DNA of 64,000 bases from Catajapyx aquilonaris (Eukaryota). This document shows positions 1 through 13,800 of the stretch, in pieces. Numbering within the stretch: position 1 is the first letter of the stretch; every line of letters begins with the position of its first letter. The stretch spans positions 124,001 through 188,000 of the forward strand of contig JYFJ02000032.1 in assembly GCA_000934665.2 (NCBI GenBank), read 5' to 3'. The notes beneath the pieces are model-generated. The model had not been told where the DNA came from and did no database searches. It saw nothing but the letters and a program-made list of their open reading frames with translations. The position numbers and the translations under genes are program-made.

Positions 1-3000
1 AAATAATGCATGTCCCTTTCGGATAGCGAGCCGGTCCCAGAACCAGTTTGCATACCGCGGGTGTTGCAGTTGTCACTTCCCGAGTTAACCCAAGTCACCT
101 GTACCGCCAGTGGAAGAGTTATGCGCCGACTTTGCACACCTTGTCACTAGAGCTGTTTCCAGTGTACTTGTCCAGGAGTAAATGGTTACAAATGTGAGCC
201 TGCTCGTCGTTGGGAGGTACGCGATTACCCAAAACAAAACCTGTGTCTGCCCATTTTGATGGTAATTAGTGCAAAAAATTGGGCAAATTCGCGTGATATT
301 TCGCCTTCCGTGTATGAGGTGATATCCCACCTTCTCATTTATGGAACCAGCCCCCCCTTTCGTATATGGTTTCATAAAAAGGGGGCTGGCTCAGTCACCA
401 TTTCCTTCCGGAGCTTGTTGTCGAAATCACCCCCTTCCATCATATTCTAGGCACAGGGTGGGGAGGCCAAAAGGGGAAGCATGAAGGGTGGGGATAGGAG
501 GAAAAATCAGCGTCCGTCATTCTGGTTCCAATTCATTTCCTCTTTTATCTTTTCCCCTCCGGTTGGTCCACATCACCCTTTTCTGCTGCCTTTGTGCGGA
601 CGCGTCGCCGTCAACTCGTGTCCATTTCCCCCTGCGCTGTTTTTCCTTCCTTCCTCTGCCCCCCCTCTATATGGCTGTATACCCTCCCACAAAACAAACC
701 CATTACATCATATCCGGACAGTGTATACCAACTGATAATATCCTAAGGGCACACAAAAATTGTGTCTTGCATATATACGGACGAGCACATGGCGGCCGGT
801 TGCTGGGGAGGGAACCGGGCAATCAGACACCAGGCATTTTCCCAGTAAATTTTCACTCTAATTATCGTGAAACAATAGGGTAATTTGTGTCAAGTGCGGC
901 TCCCACGCGTCTCCCCCCCTCCCTTTTTGGCCCGATAAAATTATGGATTTGGAAAACTGGGTTCGGTTCGAAGCTCACCAGTTTGCAATATTGTCACGCC
1001 TGTACTTGTAATTTCTGATACACCGTACATAATGAGGCAATGCTTTCGTTTGTGCTATGGACAGTGTAGCATGTGACAGGGAGGTTTGAAAGCATAAAAT
1101 CAGCTCATTTTTCTCCCCCTTTTTTCCATCCCCAGCAGCTAGAGCAGTTTTAAGGGAATGGTAACCATTTCTGGCTCTCTGGCCAAATGAAACAGTGCCA
1201 GTGCGCGAGTGAAAAAGCGAGCTCGTACATTTGGGCGTCCCTATCAGGAGCAGCTCGCTGTGTACGTTTTTTTTTTGCGCGTCCATTATCTGGGAACTTT
1301 TGAATAGGAAAAGGCCTCGGCGGAATCGACCTGTTGGGGGCTACTGATGGCCGTGCAATAACCGGCTCAAGAAATGCGTCAGGCCCAAAAGGCAAGTTCG
1401 AACGGCTTCCTGAGCTGTTATATCAGCACATTAATGCGCAGTAATTTTCGAGGTGCTTTCGCGTGGATAGCTAGGAATTTTGTCGGGGTAAATTAGTGGT
1501 CAGGTGCGAAAATCCGTGAGAAAGTAGCAGTTTATGCTCTTTCGGAGTGCGGGGTGCTCGAGACTAGTAATCATCCTCCTATCAAAAAAGCCGTGGCATG
1601 AGACTGAAATGAAATGGTGTCAACCGCGTGCTGCTTATAGGCTAAGACACCCGTCGTCAGCAAGGTGCAAAGAAAACATCTCCTGACAGGATCAATTAAT
1701 GTCTTGAATAATCATGTTACACTTTTGTAAAGATTCATCCGCCTCCCCCAAAAAGTTAAGAGCAACTCTGATCTTTCCAAGCAGGTTGGTCGTCTCCATT
1801 AAAAGTTTAGATAATCAACGCTTGGCGATAACTTTTTTGGGCTAGAAAAAAAAGTCGATGTCGCAAGACGGTTTCAGTTATGCTCTTTGATATACCAGGA
1901 GCAACTTTTCGAATAAATTGTGGCAGACTGGCGAACTGAAAAGAGCTATATTTACATCTGATGAGAGAGGAGAGGAGTGGAAACTATGTGCCCTATTGCA
2001 TTTATAATGGGAGGTGTTTGGTGTAGAAAATTGTCTGGGTATACATTTTCGAAACTCGTAGACTTAACTATTTATGGCAGCAGGCCTTCTCTTCAAGTGG
2101 GAAAGTTGGGTGGTTCCTCCACTGAACTTTGATTTGTTTTCAGGAGCCCTCTAAGAACTTGCCCTGGTAAACAGACGAGATAATTAGATGCCTTATTTGA
2201 ATATGTACGCTATAGGAATATCCCGCCAAGAGGGGAAAAAAGTATAGGACAGATTTAATATCCCGCAAGGAAACTTTTTAGCACATTTTCAGCTTCCTAC
2301 AATGAGCTGCTCTTAATGAACCGTAAATGCTTTGGAAAAACTTTACCTGGCTTATTTCAATAAGTTTAATAATTTGGCTACAAGCACTGTATATACTGTG
2401 TAGGCTATACTGTACAGTGAAGAGTGCAGAAAACTGTTAAGGATCTAACATGCGTTGGAGTGACGCCCAAATGTCTTACTTACAACGAAGGTACGCATTT
2501 AGTTCAGTTTTTTTGCGTTAACTTCTGTCTCCGCTCTATATCTACACAGACATGCAGCTCAGACCCCCCAAAAAATGCCCAAAATACATGTACCTTTACT
2601 TGAAGTTATGTATATTTTCATGGATCAAGCAAGGCTTAGGACGGCCCTAATGCATTAAAATGACGGCTCGTAAGACCGGATCCGCCGAGAATATTAATGC
2701 AAAAGCGTGCGGAACGGGCGAATCTGGTCAATTTGTGCATAAATATTAGATGAAAGAGGCGCACCCGTCTTAGCTAGAAATAGGTCGCAGGCCCAGGGTT
2801 TTTGCGAGAGAAAAAAGGCTTCCACTTGCGACTGGTTCGTGTCCCACGCCAGTATAACAAGGGTAGCTTTTAGGCTGCAGCAGTGCATCAATACCGGTGG
2901 TGTCTTGTAGTCCTCCGAAAGATTGGTCGCGTCTCGAAGAAGCGCCGGCGCCTAGGGCGTAAAATTCACGGGCCACTAACCTTTCGATGGAAAATGTCAC

Positions 3001-4541
3001 ATCGGGGGCGCTGGCTAATGGCTTGACGCCGCTAATCTCCAAGACAGCTCCCGGAGAAGAAAAGGAGAAGAAGAAGAGGAGGGCTTCACGTGCATTTAGC
3101 CCCAGCAGCGCATGCAGCTTCTTTTCCTCCAGAGTTAGAGAAGAAGAAAAAAAGAGAGAGAAAGAGAAAAGAGAAGGATGGCTTCACTTGGCAATGAATC
3201 CGGAGGAATCACATCTGGGATTCTGACGTGCCGCCAACCAAATGCCCTTCCAATGAAAAGAGGATTCGTCAGCCGAATCTTGTAGATCTGGTCTGTCGAT
3301 CTGACTCCCAAGTTCTCGCCTTGTTACGTCCCAAGGATTTTATGGCTTCTGGTGGCCTCCGGATGCTTGCAAGTCGCAAACCCACTGTAATTGGGTGCTA
3401 CAGGGGTGCACATAACTTACAGGTACAAGCCTGACAGACTGGCTTGATAGATACGTCAACTGCAATGAGCTAATTGCCGGAAGGGTAATCACTCGGGGAA
3501 ATCTGTTGGCGTCTGAGATCAGCGGAAATGTGGGCATTTCCTGAACTTGTCCTGTGCGACGTAATCACAGCCGATTATTTTGATGGGCGAGAAACGGAAG
3601 AATCACTCAGACGTATTCACGCAGCGTGTTTTCTCCTACCAATGGTGGATCCTACTGTGCATAATAATACAGTAACTCCGTAATGATGGAACCCTGGATG
3701 CGCTGTATAGAGTGGGCAAGTCGCGTGTGACGAACGCAATAAAAGAGACAGAAAGCGTGCTGCCATTATCATATAGATCCAGTCAGTGTTGAGGTCGGGG
3801 GCTGTTGGAGCAGTGTTGAAATGGGATTCGTGCCAAGCCTATCCGTGGAGATACTTACAGTGCGAGTCGAAATCCCGTCGTCAACCGTGATGGGTAAGTG
3901 AGGGAGCTCTGACAGATTTCGCAGCAGAAAACGGCCTCACTGTCCAATCTTCCGATAATGTCAGTCAGGAGGGCTACCATAGTAATCTGACCGCCGTCAT
4001 TGCGCAGCAGAACCCAAATAGAGCAACGGGGACTTCTCTTGGCTTAGTCTTAGTCGAACGTTTGGCTCGAGAGCAACGACTCCAGACGAGTGTATAGGTG
4101 TATAAAAATGTTGGCTTGCCAAAATTTCAGAAATTTTATTTTAGCCAATACCAGGATGAATCCGCAACATTTTTTTTCATTTTGACCTGCAATGTGACCT
4201 TTCAGAGGACAATATTATGATACGCTGTGGCCGCCTGTGTATTTATTAGTGGTCAACTTTATGCAAATTCAATTGTGCGGGACAATGCCGTTATGTAGGT
4301 AGGCATTACAGGTGTTAATTACATATGTGGCTGGAATTTGTAATCAGTGAGACCCCAAACACACTCACCGGAATATCAGTACGTTGCTTTATTATGTAGC
4401 GTTTAATTCAATTTTGGGCATAAATTACCCACTAAACATTTTGAATGGTTTTCATTCTCTGCATACTTTTTTGAGTGACTGTCGATTTTGCTGTCAATTT
4501 TTACTGATGATATTCTCACCCAAGTATTTATTTTTGTACGG

Positions 4542-4578
4542 TACTAACATGCTCCATATTTTCTCCTTGCAGGTAAGA
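4542..4578 (+). other. Candidate recursive splice site (ratchet point): branch point, polypyrimidine tract, AG|GTAAGA
   Basis: TACTAAC at 4542-4548 (branch A 4547, 25 nt before the junction), then atgctccatattttctccttgcAG (AG 4571-4572) followed directly by GTAAGA (4573-4578); no AG between 4525 and 4570. Confidence 0.7.
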
Positions 4579-4643
4579 GCCAATCCGTCACCACAACTAC
4601 CTTTTGTATCCCAGTCTCACGCAGTGTGACACCGCGTCAGAAA
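4573..4643 (+). other. Candidate 71-nt recursive-site (cryptic) exon
   Basis: Starts after the strong acceptor at 4572 and ends at a consensus donor GAAA|GTAAGT (GT 4644-4645). Open in only one frame (xKSQSVTTTTFCIPVSRSVTPRQK); length not a multiple of 3. Confidence 0.55.
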
Positions 4644-4770
4644 GTAAGTGCGTTAAAACGGCATAATCTTCCTCTGAAGAAGCAATTTTCGCAGCGAAAA
4701 TGTTCTCAAGACTTTCCTCATCCCTCGAGATGATTTCGAAGTCTCGCATCAGGCTTCTCAGCGTCATTAC

Positions 4771-4800
4771 CCTCCTCCTCCTCCTCCTCCTCCTCCTCCT
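4771..4800. repeat. (CCT)10 microsatellite
   Basis: Ten perfect CCT units read directly. Confidence 0.95.
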
Positions 4801-7800
4801 CTTGCTGCTGCGTTAAGCCTATTTGGTCTTGCACCACTCATCCTCCTATTTGCACAGAAATGACTCTTATTTATTGATCTCGCGAGAAAGTTGAAGTGTA
4901 GCCGAGGCGTGGTGTCAAAGCACGCAGAGCGATCCGCCTCCTGAATATGGATAGGGGCAAGGAAAAAGATTCCGGCTGGTTGGGGAGGGGAATGATTCGT
5001 GGAGCGTCGCGACGCCTTGTGACACCCTCGAAGCGACAGGGCGTCACGTTTAATGAAGGCCGGCAAGGGAATAGCCCAAGAATGATCAAACCCCATGCAT
5101 TAACATGGGCCTCACGGGCCTCTCTCTTGTTGTTCCAAGCCCTATGTGTGTGGCCAGTGGACATGGCAATCAGGCCTCTCTCTCTCTATATAGTCCGCCC
5201 CCTTCTCTGCAATCAGTGCACCACACAAGAGCAAACACACCGTTTTACACTGCTGACGAATGCCTTGTTCTATCGTGCTTGCACAACCCATCCTCCCTCT
5301 CTCAACCTACCTACTGCTATAGCTGACGCTGGCTCCAAAAGCACTCCTTTTCAGCACGAGGATGAGCAGATATATACCTAGGGGGGGCTGAGATGGTTGA
5401 AATTCCAGTCGGCGCGACTCGAATTTGCATTCATCTGGTAATTTGTCGCTTTAGTTTATCATATGGAATGAGTCGATCATTGCATTTTATGGAGGGGCGG
5501 CAATTGAACGACTTGGTCACTGCACCGCCCTGGATGTAATATTGAGGAGTTATGCATGTTGTAAGGCTGCATTGTATAAGGCGCCAGTGTGGTGGTGAGT
5601 TAGAGATGTAATATTCATTCTTGCATTCATTACTCGCAATTACAGCCCATCAAATGCATACACAGGCGTCGCAGTACTTTTTTTGGGACATTTTGGACGT
5701 CCAGACCAGGCTCATTAACACTTTACCATCAAGTTAAAAAATTTTACCACCACAATCGTACAACTTAATGAACCCATCAACACTGTTGTGCCCTACTATA
5801 ACTAGTGCTAATGACATTTCAGTTACGCTAATAGATTCAAGACAGTGAATATCACTAAAGGGAATATTTTGCTACTGGTACAGCATTAACCTACGGAATA
5901 AATAGTTTCGTTGTCCACGCAATGTCATCTAAAATGTGGGGGAAGCGTATAGGAATTTTTTCAATCCAAAAAGTGAGCATTGCAAAAAGAAATGTAGATC
6001 AAAATCAAGCCCACTTCCCATACCTTCGACTAGAAAAAAAAATGGCGAAGGGTCTCTCCTCCCCCGCCTCTTTTTTTATACATTCTGGAGCTCTTTCTTC
6101 GTCTTGGTTCGATGCGAGATCAATCAGGCTCTCTTCCTTGTCAAGCAGCTTCGCCCTGACTATGAGCTCCTCTTGGGCTGGGGGAAGATCTAATTATGAT
6201 GGGTTAGAAAGGCACGTCTCGGGAATGACGATTTATAACCCTCATGCATTCCCTATTTCCGCCGGTGAGCTCTTGCGGACTTTTTTTTTGCAACCTGGGG
6301 AGCTGTAATGCCCAGGTTCATCGGAAGAAAAGCTTCCAAGAATGGCATCCAGGAGACTCTGACTTAATGCATGGACTTGTCAGGGGTTTCCTCCACAAAA
6401 ATATTATTTGTATGAAGGTCGTGTCTTCGGGTATGGCCATAATAAAGCGGACTTCCGGAGGTCGATTCCATCCTGAGAAATAAGTGGTTTATCGCAGTGG
6501 ATGACCATCAGAGCTCTTAATTATGAGGATGGCTTCTGGAACAAAAGAGGTCGGAGGAGAAAAAAAAAGGCCACTATCTGCCACAAAAGGTGGGGAAGAG
6601 AGAGAGAGAAAAGTGGCACCCCATTTCTCCTTCGAGAATTGACAGGACGGAACATCGCAAAAAAAATCGGCAAGCGAGCAGGGACTTGTGAGAAGTTCCC
6701 GGCGAGGACGCCTCGTAAAAGTGATTCCTTCTTTCCTTGATGGCAGGACATTTGCGCTACTTTCTGGAGAGATTTTTTTTTCCTGAGCTGTTATTTTTTT
6801 TGTAGGAGTGTCCTTTCAACTTCCACCCTTCTTTTCACCCTTCCTTCCATTTGCTTTCTTCCGGAGACTATTCGCCACAATGTTTCGTCGCAATGCCCCC
6901 CCATCTACGCTTCCTGCTTCTGCGCGAAACATTCGTCACGATGTACCGGTCCCGTCACTTATTCCGTATAGATATTGACAAAATGGCACAAAAAAAATCT
7001 GCAAATTACCTTACGTATTCAGTATAAGGCAGGACGTGCCCTGTACGTAAAATCAACAAAACACAACGTCTTTTGCGGAAAGACACATTTTGCCTACTTT
7101 AAGTCCAATTTTTGCCCAGACTTGAGCGTATTTTATAAAATTTCAGGATAAATTGCAGAATAAATTGCGTTTTATTGGATGGGTCGAAATATAAATTCTG
7201 TTCAAATATATAGGGTGCTATTTCAAATGTGGAGTGGGAAAATCCACTCGAAATAATTTAGAGAGCAGAAATATTTCTAACAGAAAATTGGATTGGCGTC
7301 GCAGCGGAGGGCGTGTTTTTTTCAGTCTTATTTTGAGACAAAAATGGGTTTTTGGGCAAGGCCAGTAGGTCCTGCGCCATTTCTTTTTTAGCCACCTCCA
7401 GCTCCAATGGAAGAATTCGCTGTGATTTTTCCGACTGAAAGGTCCGAGAGGAAATAGGGTACGGTCGGTTAGGTCGCAGAAGGGAAATGCGGTTTGTCCA
7501 GACATAAATCGAGTCAAGTTCTCGGGCCAAAAAGTTTTCTGATGATTTTGAGCAGGCCTTGACCGTGTTTTATATACACAGCCCTGGGGCCCCCAAGGAA
7601 GTGTTGAGAGAGGCCCCCACAAAGAATCCTATTGATCCCAGCAGCCCGGTCCAGTCTGTAGGCTAGGTTTTTCCGGAGCAATAGTGCCGTCTGCGGGCCA
7701 TTCCCGGAATAAAAAGAAAAACTGCAAGTACATAAAGTTGGCAAGGGCTGTGGCCCGTATTGCTTACGGCGCGAAAAGCTCGCTTAGCTGGGTTTCTACG

Positions 7801-10800
7801 AAGAGCTTTCCTGGCGCTGTCGTTGCAAGATTGAAGACCGGAGAAATTTTAGGGGACGTCAATAGCATAAACCCGACGGTAGAGGACTGAAGAATTGCGA
7901 GCACATTCTCGCACATTATTAGGATTAATTGCGGCGTGTCTCGGAGGCGAAATGCGAGGGGTCAGACGGTCGACACCCGGACGTGTGAGTGCGTGTGTTG
8001 GGTTGGGGGGACACCAGAGCAGGAAAAATCTTAATGTGGAAAAAACGGGGGAATGCCCCCAGAGTGACATTTTATGACGGGGATAAAAATTTATTATTTA
8101 TTGGAGGTGTCGTAAAGGAGACGGGGCCTGTGCACGGGGCCAGAGTGATGGAAGTGGACACGCGAGGAGAAGAACCCGTGCTTCCAGACTCATCTAATCG
8201 ATGTGTGTGTAGGTATATAGGTGGTGCTGAGAATTCGACCAGACGTATATAACAAAGGACATCTTTTATTGCGCTGTTTTGCTGCGGTCAGCCCTTCTTT
8301 AGCGTCCAATGAATGGGGCGGACATTAAATATAGGGGCTGCTCAAAAGGTGAGGAGCCATTCACAAAAGGCGGACGTAGCCAAATGGCTGTAAGTCACAA
8401 GTTGAGCTGCTGTACACCTGTGCCACAGCCATTTCGATATAAATGAAAGTCGGTTGACATACGCACGCTATAGAAGTTGGCAATAATATTGAGGTACGTT
8501 ATTGGCATTGCAGCCTCTCTACTACTTAAACTTAATGATGCGGGTGGGACAAACTTCAAGAAATTGTCATTGGGAGTATCGGGTACCACATATGTGCCAA
8601 GTCCATTCATTGCAGTCCTCTTGCTTTGTGCAATGCCTTTTTTTATTGTGCGTTGAGGGCATGAGGTGTGGATATTATTTTGTTCCCGCCCAAGCCAAGC
8701 AATAAAGTGGCATAAAAATTCCGTCAAAGCACCCCCACAATGGAAGCCGGCTCTCAGTTTACCCCCTCTGATCGTATTACTTTGTGTGTGCGGTCACTTG
8801 CGAGCCAACGCCCATGAGGAACATTTGGCACTACATTTTATAGCCTCCTTGTGCTATGCAGAAAAGCATGGGGACATAATGACCCGCGAAAATCTGTGAA
8901 AAATACTATTTTTTTGTTGGGTGTGTTTTGAGGTGATTTCCATAGTCCGTGGACTCCCCTTGTGGGCCGAATGCACCTGTGTCATGCGTGGCTAATTTTG
9001 CGGGCAGGATGACGGACAGGAGGCGTGGTAGCGTCCTCTGAGCTAGAGATGTGACCCCCATCTGAAAGGGGCATCGCTGTTTTGCTAAAAACCGACTGAG
9101 GATTTTTTTTTTCCAACCCTTTAAAGTTGGCCCCGACAAGTCTTTGTCTGCTGGACCAAGATTTTAGTACGGTCCTGATTTTGAACTGGTCCAATACTGA
9201 GCTGGCCGGAAATTAATTTTACGCTGCTTCTGGCCACCTGCATTCTTAAAATAGAAAAGAAAATCATTTTGAGGTACAGCGACAGCATTTTTTTTTACGG
9301 ATGATGGATGATGTTCGTGAGTCACGCAAGTTGTAAGAGAATGATCCCAAAAGGTAGTCCCTCTTGGCGCTCTCATCACTGGACAGACACTGCTTGCAGC
9401 AGGGGAGCTTCATATTGGTCTCGTTGCTCAATGTCGCCAAAACTTGTTTGGGATTTCCAATGGCGGAAACTTTGTGGGAAGTCGAGCCTTTTGTTCTGGT
9501 TGTTCCCTCCGCGAAGCTTTCGGGATATAATTCCTAACTCAACCTCAGAATTGCATATAGTGTGTGCATCTGGAGCTCATCAAAATGAGCAAATCCGAAA
9601 ACCAACCTTCCCCCCCCCCTCACCCCATTCTGACGTGAGAGCTGGGGTTTGCAAAGGCTTCGAGCGTCATTATACTGGTTTCTGTTAATGATGTCGAGTC
9701 AAGCAGTGAACATGTATATGCATAAGGCTTCAACGTTGCGGGTTTGTATGTGTGAAGAGACCGGAATATCCGTCTTGGTTAGTTATGAAAGTGTAACGAA
9801 TGTATAGGCGAAAAGTTTCTATGACCACTAACTAAGTCACTTTCCAGAAAAAGCTGACTTCATATTAATTTGCTGATGATTGCATAGTGACAGGATACAT
9901 TTGTTTAAATTTTTTTTCTTCAGAAAAATGGAGAGGTGTTTACCAAATGTGTGGCAATAGGGCGGAGGGTGTGGATTTGCTCGCAATTTGTCATTCTTGC
10001 ACTTGGTCTGCAGTAGGAAGCGGCGAATTCCCCTTAATGAGCGACGGATTAGTAGAGGTAAGAGCCACTTTGCTGGATGGAATGGAAAGCATTAATCGAA
10101 TGGCGGATACTGGGGTCGTAGGAGGAGCAGCTTCCCCTTTTGGAAAGGAAGAGGAGGAGGAGGAGGAGAGAAGCTCACGTCCTCTAGTCTCCCCGTTTTC
10201 CTTCCTCCAACAAACCTTTCTCCTAGTCTGCTTCATTAATTAGCAACGTCTGAGAGGGCTGCGACAGAAATGTGCTCAAATCGAATTAGGCTCTAGAGTT
10301 TAGCCAAGTAAGGGAATTAAGTAGTTTAAAGTTCATTATTTAAAACCCAATAGTGGGTAAAATTGTCTAACTTTGTTTTCTGCTACACTCTTTTTCGCTC
10401 TCTCTCTCTCTGTGCTGCACTAATATTAGCTAGTACTAAAGGCGCAGTGAACTTTGAGGAAATCGTGCGGTGGGCTTACCGGGGCTTACTACACGCGACA
10501 GAAGGAAAGGGGCATGGCCAAATTAAATTTCGCTGCCAGGTGGCTCTGAGGCGAACCGAAACTTCCGGACCTCTGGCACGACGACGACGTTCGCAGCAAT
10601 TAAGGACTTACCACCAATCAGGGCTGAGATATTTCTTATCACATATACGTCGTGAACTGTTGAGTTTTCGACGTGTCTCCATACCTGTATGACATGACAC
10701 GATGCAAATTATTTCCCTGCAGAGCTGCAGCCTCTGAGGCAAGGGATTACAGATTGGTGGAAAAAGAGAGCTGTTGAGATGTGGAGGGAGGGATGATGTA

Positions 10801-13800
10801 ATGGAGCAGAGAGCGTTTCGGATAGAGCAAACATAATCGGGTAGATGGGCGTTGAAGCGGGTCATGATGGATGAAGAGCGTGCAAGTGAGGGAGGCTGCG
10901 AAAGAGGCTGCCTTTGCCTGCATGCAAATCTTGTCTGGAGCTGCTTCTGCTTTGCCGCACTGCCCTCTGGCCCTTTTCCCAGTCCATCCCTCGGGGGAAA
11001 ACAGAAAAGGAAGGGAGGGTTTGGGGCTGCCGGATAGAAAGAGAGGAGGAGGGGGGATAGAGGGGGAGGTATTAGGAAGCAGCAGGGTGATTACCAGGAG
11101 GGGATTTGACCAACTCATCAAGAGGGGGTGGAGGCTTAGATCTCTATGGTGACGGCGGTCCATCCATCAGACCCTGCAGGGTCTATATATATACACTGTA
11201 CTTTCCTAGTTCTGGTGAGGAGACGCTCTCTGCCGAGAGGAAACTGCTCCAAACAGATTTCCGGGCTCTTCAATTGGCGGCCCAATTACCACTACCTTCT
11301 TTCAGCATTAATAGCGACGGTTATTGCCCCTTCCCCTAATCCGCCTCAATTACCTGGCGTGTTGGAAGAAGGCTTTGCGCAATTAGCCCACCGCCTGTTT
11401 CACAGGGTAAATGCCGGCGGACATTTTCAAAGGTACTGCTACTTCGGCCAAAGTATGCCCGGAACTCTCAAAAGCTGCGAAATTTTCCCCTCCCCACGTC
11501 TCTCTCGGGGCCGTATTTACTGGAGACTTGGAGCTGCAAAAACTGAGCTATAAAAACGACATATTGCAACTGATGAGAATCGGGGCCGGATTACACCATT
11601 CATTAGAACTCATTAGGTCGGATTAGGGGCATAGAGTGCGTGTAACAGAGCAGTTTTGTTTTGACACTGTTTTCATATATGATCTATTTGGATTGCAGAG
11701 TGCTGTTGTGTGGCGCTGAAGCGCTACCGAAACCACACCCCAGCAGCGGGTGAGGTTTTCCAAAAAATTGTTTATACCTATAAACCGTGTTATCCGGTAT
11801 TGTAAATATTCCCCTACCATTCCCGGCCTTCATGCCGTTCTCGTTAAAATTTGGCGTTAATTAGGGCGTAATTAAAGAATACATTTGTGTGCCCCTGGTG
11901 ATGGGCAGTGTTATTCTTGCAGCATAAAAATGACTTATGATCAACTGTATAACTCAAATGAACATTCTCTGATTTAAAAAAAATGCAATTCAAATACACT
12001 TTGCTAATATTTATAGCGTTGGCCTGTACTAATGATGGTCATGGTTCACCTGTATGTGCTACTACAGTAGTCTATATTTTGACTCATTATCAAGCTGATT
12101 TTTATTCCAATTAATGTAAAATGATGCAAAAATGGAGACAATGAAGCTGCATTTTGCATGCTAGTTATTTCAAGTAATTTAGTAACAATAACCTCGCTGG
12201 TGTACGAGACACATTTACATTATTTAAAAATTTGCATAATGCCCCCCGCTAAACGTAATTGAGTTATCTGCAAAATTTTACTGATGAAAGTTGCATTCAA
12301 TTAGTTACACTGCAATAATAACGTTTTAAGTGCCAGAGAGTCAGAAATAACTAGTTTTACCTGGAAGCCCCACATGCTGATAGACTAATGATTGTTGGTT
12401 CCATGTGACTCTCCTGCAGTTAATAAGCATTATTATAGATATTTTGGGAGGAAATTAGTGTTATTTCTCTGACAGACAAACAACAGTGCAACTACACGAC
12501 AGATTGCAACTACTCCCTTGTTTCATGTTAGTCACATTAATTAGTAGCTTTGGCAGGATTCGGCAAGTTCTCCTTGCCACATCCCGCAGCATCTGACGCA
12601 TTCAGCCAGCCGGGTGATGGCAATCCGACGCACAAATCCGGGATTGGCACCGCAAAAGTCTTCAGGTTATCTCCGAAATGAGATCCTCTCTAGTCGGAAA
12701 TAAAATCCTCGCAAAATACTTCTCATGTCGAGGATTTGCTTCTTCCCTGGGATTTAAATCCTTTCGCGGGTGTCAACTCGGGCACACGCTGGAGTCCCGT
12801 AGTTTTTGTTTGTGACAAGAGCTGCACAGCACAACGGGGTCGAGAAGGAAAAGCGCCTCAAGCAAAGTCCACCGAGAGAGAGAAAGAGAGAGAGAATCCG
12901 GTTGGTGCTGTGTACAATCTCTGGGTGCCATCACCATGGGCTGTTGCTCCGCGTCCGACAAGTGAAACGGACGCACAAGCCTTCCTTCCAGCAGACATCC
13001 GGAATAATCTGGCCGCAACAGATGTCCCCGGTGTGTTTTTGTCTGAGTTTGCTGCCGCCTTTTCCACCGGTCCTGGCTTGCTGGAGAGAACAGCTCGCAG
13101 TTCGAGCAGCCCCAAGGAGGATTGGTCCATTAGCCGCAGCCCGCAGCATGAAGCGATGTTGAATAGGCCATCGGACAAGAGAATTGCTCCGGAGTGGAGT
13201 GGGAATTGGTTATCGTCCGCCTCGAGTGCCACTTCTTGGACTCCGGCCCGGTTCCTATACACTCACAGATGCCTGTCTATATACGACTGCCTTCTATATA
13301 AACTCCATTTTATGGCCACCCCACTCTAGGTCACTGGTCCGACTTGCTGCAATTTTCGATTGGTCTGAGTGGCACTTGGAATGCCTTCTTCATCATTCCA
13401 AAACCAAGTGCACGTTTCTCTGGGTTCCCCTCCCCAACTTTTGGTCCCCCTACCCCCCCCCCCCCCGNCCCCCCCCTGAAGGAAGAGATTGTTATTGATT
13501 AGCTGGTGGTGGTGGGGGCTTTTGATGTCATTCCGGCAGAGCTTTTACAGGGGGAGGTGCAGACGACAGGAATGATTGTTAGGTCGGTTCAAAGCACGTG
13601 CGCTTACTGCAGGGTGTTTCGTAATAATTCTAGAGCCAGCTTGTGTCTGTTACGTAGCCCGGATTTGCACGGATGTCAAGCACGATTGTGGCTGAGGAGG
13701 CTGTGCGATGGCAGCCGGATATTAATAATATCGTGCAGGGAGCCGATTGCCCACACTGGTCTGGGCTGTGTGCTGCACAATCAAGTCATCTTAACCAACA

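Noticed and set aside
256..735. Homeodomain-helix-3-like fragments RIWFHKK and FWFQF in two short ORFs
   Set aside because: No WFQNRR or other homeodomain residues; chance matches.
3683..3715. EPWMR resembling the Hox YPWM hexapeptide
   Set aside because: Lacks Y/F, lies in a very short frame, and no suitable donor follows.
7010..7030. TTACGTATTCAGTATA resembling mir-iab-4/iab-8
   Set aside because: Only partial similarity; no pre-miRNA-length hairpin.
4571..10067. Identical 12-mer AGGTAAGAGCCA at 4571 and 10056
   Set aside because: On the order of a hundred 12-mer pairs are expected by chance in 64 kb; similarity does not extend.
13270..13320. TATA-like CTATATAAA (similar motifs near 22995 and 20684)
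   Set aside because: No supporting Inr/DPE spacing or downstream exon; TATA-like words are frequent.
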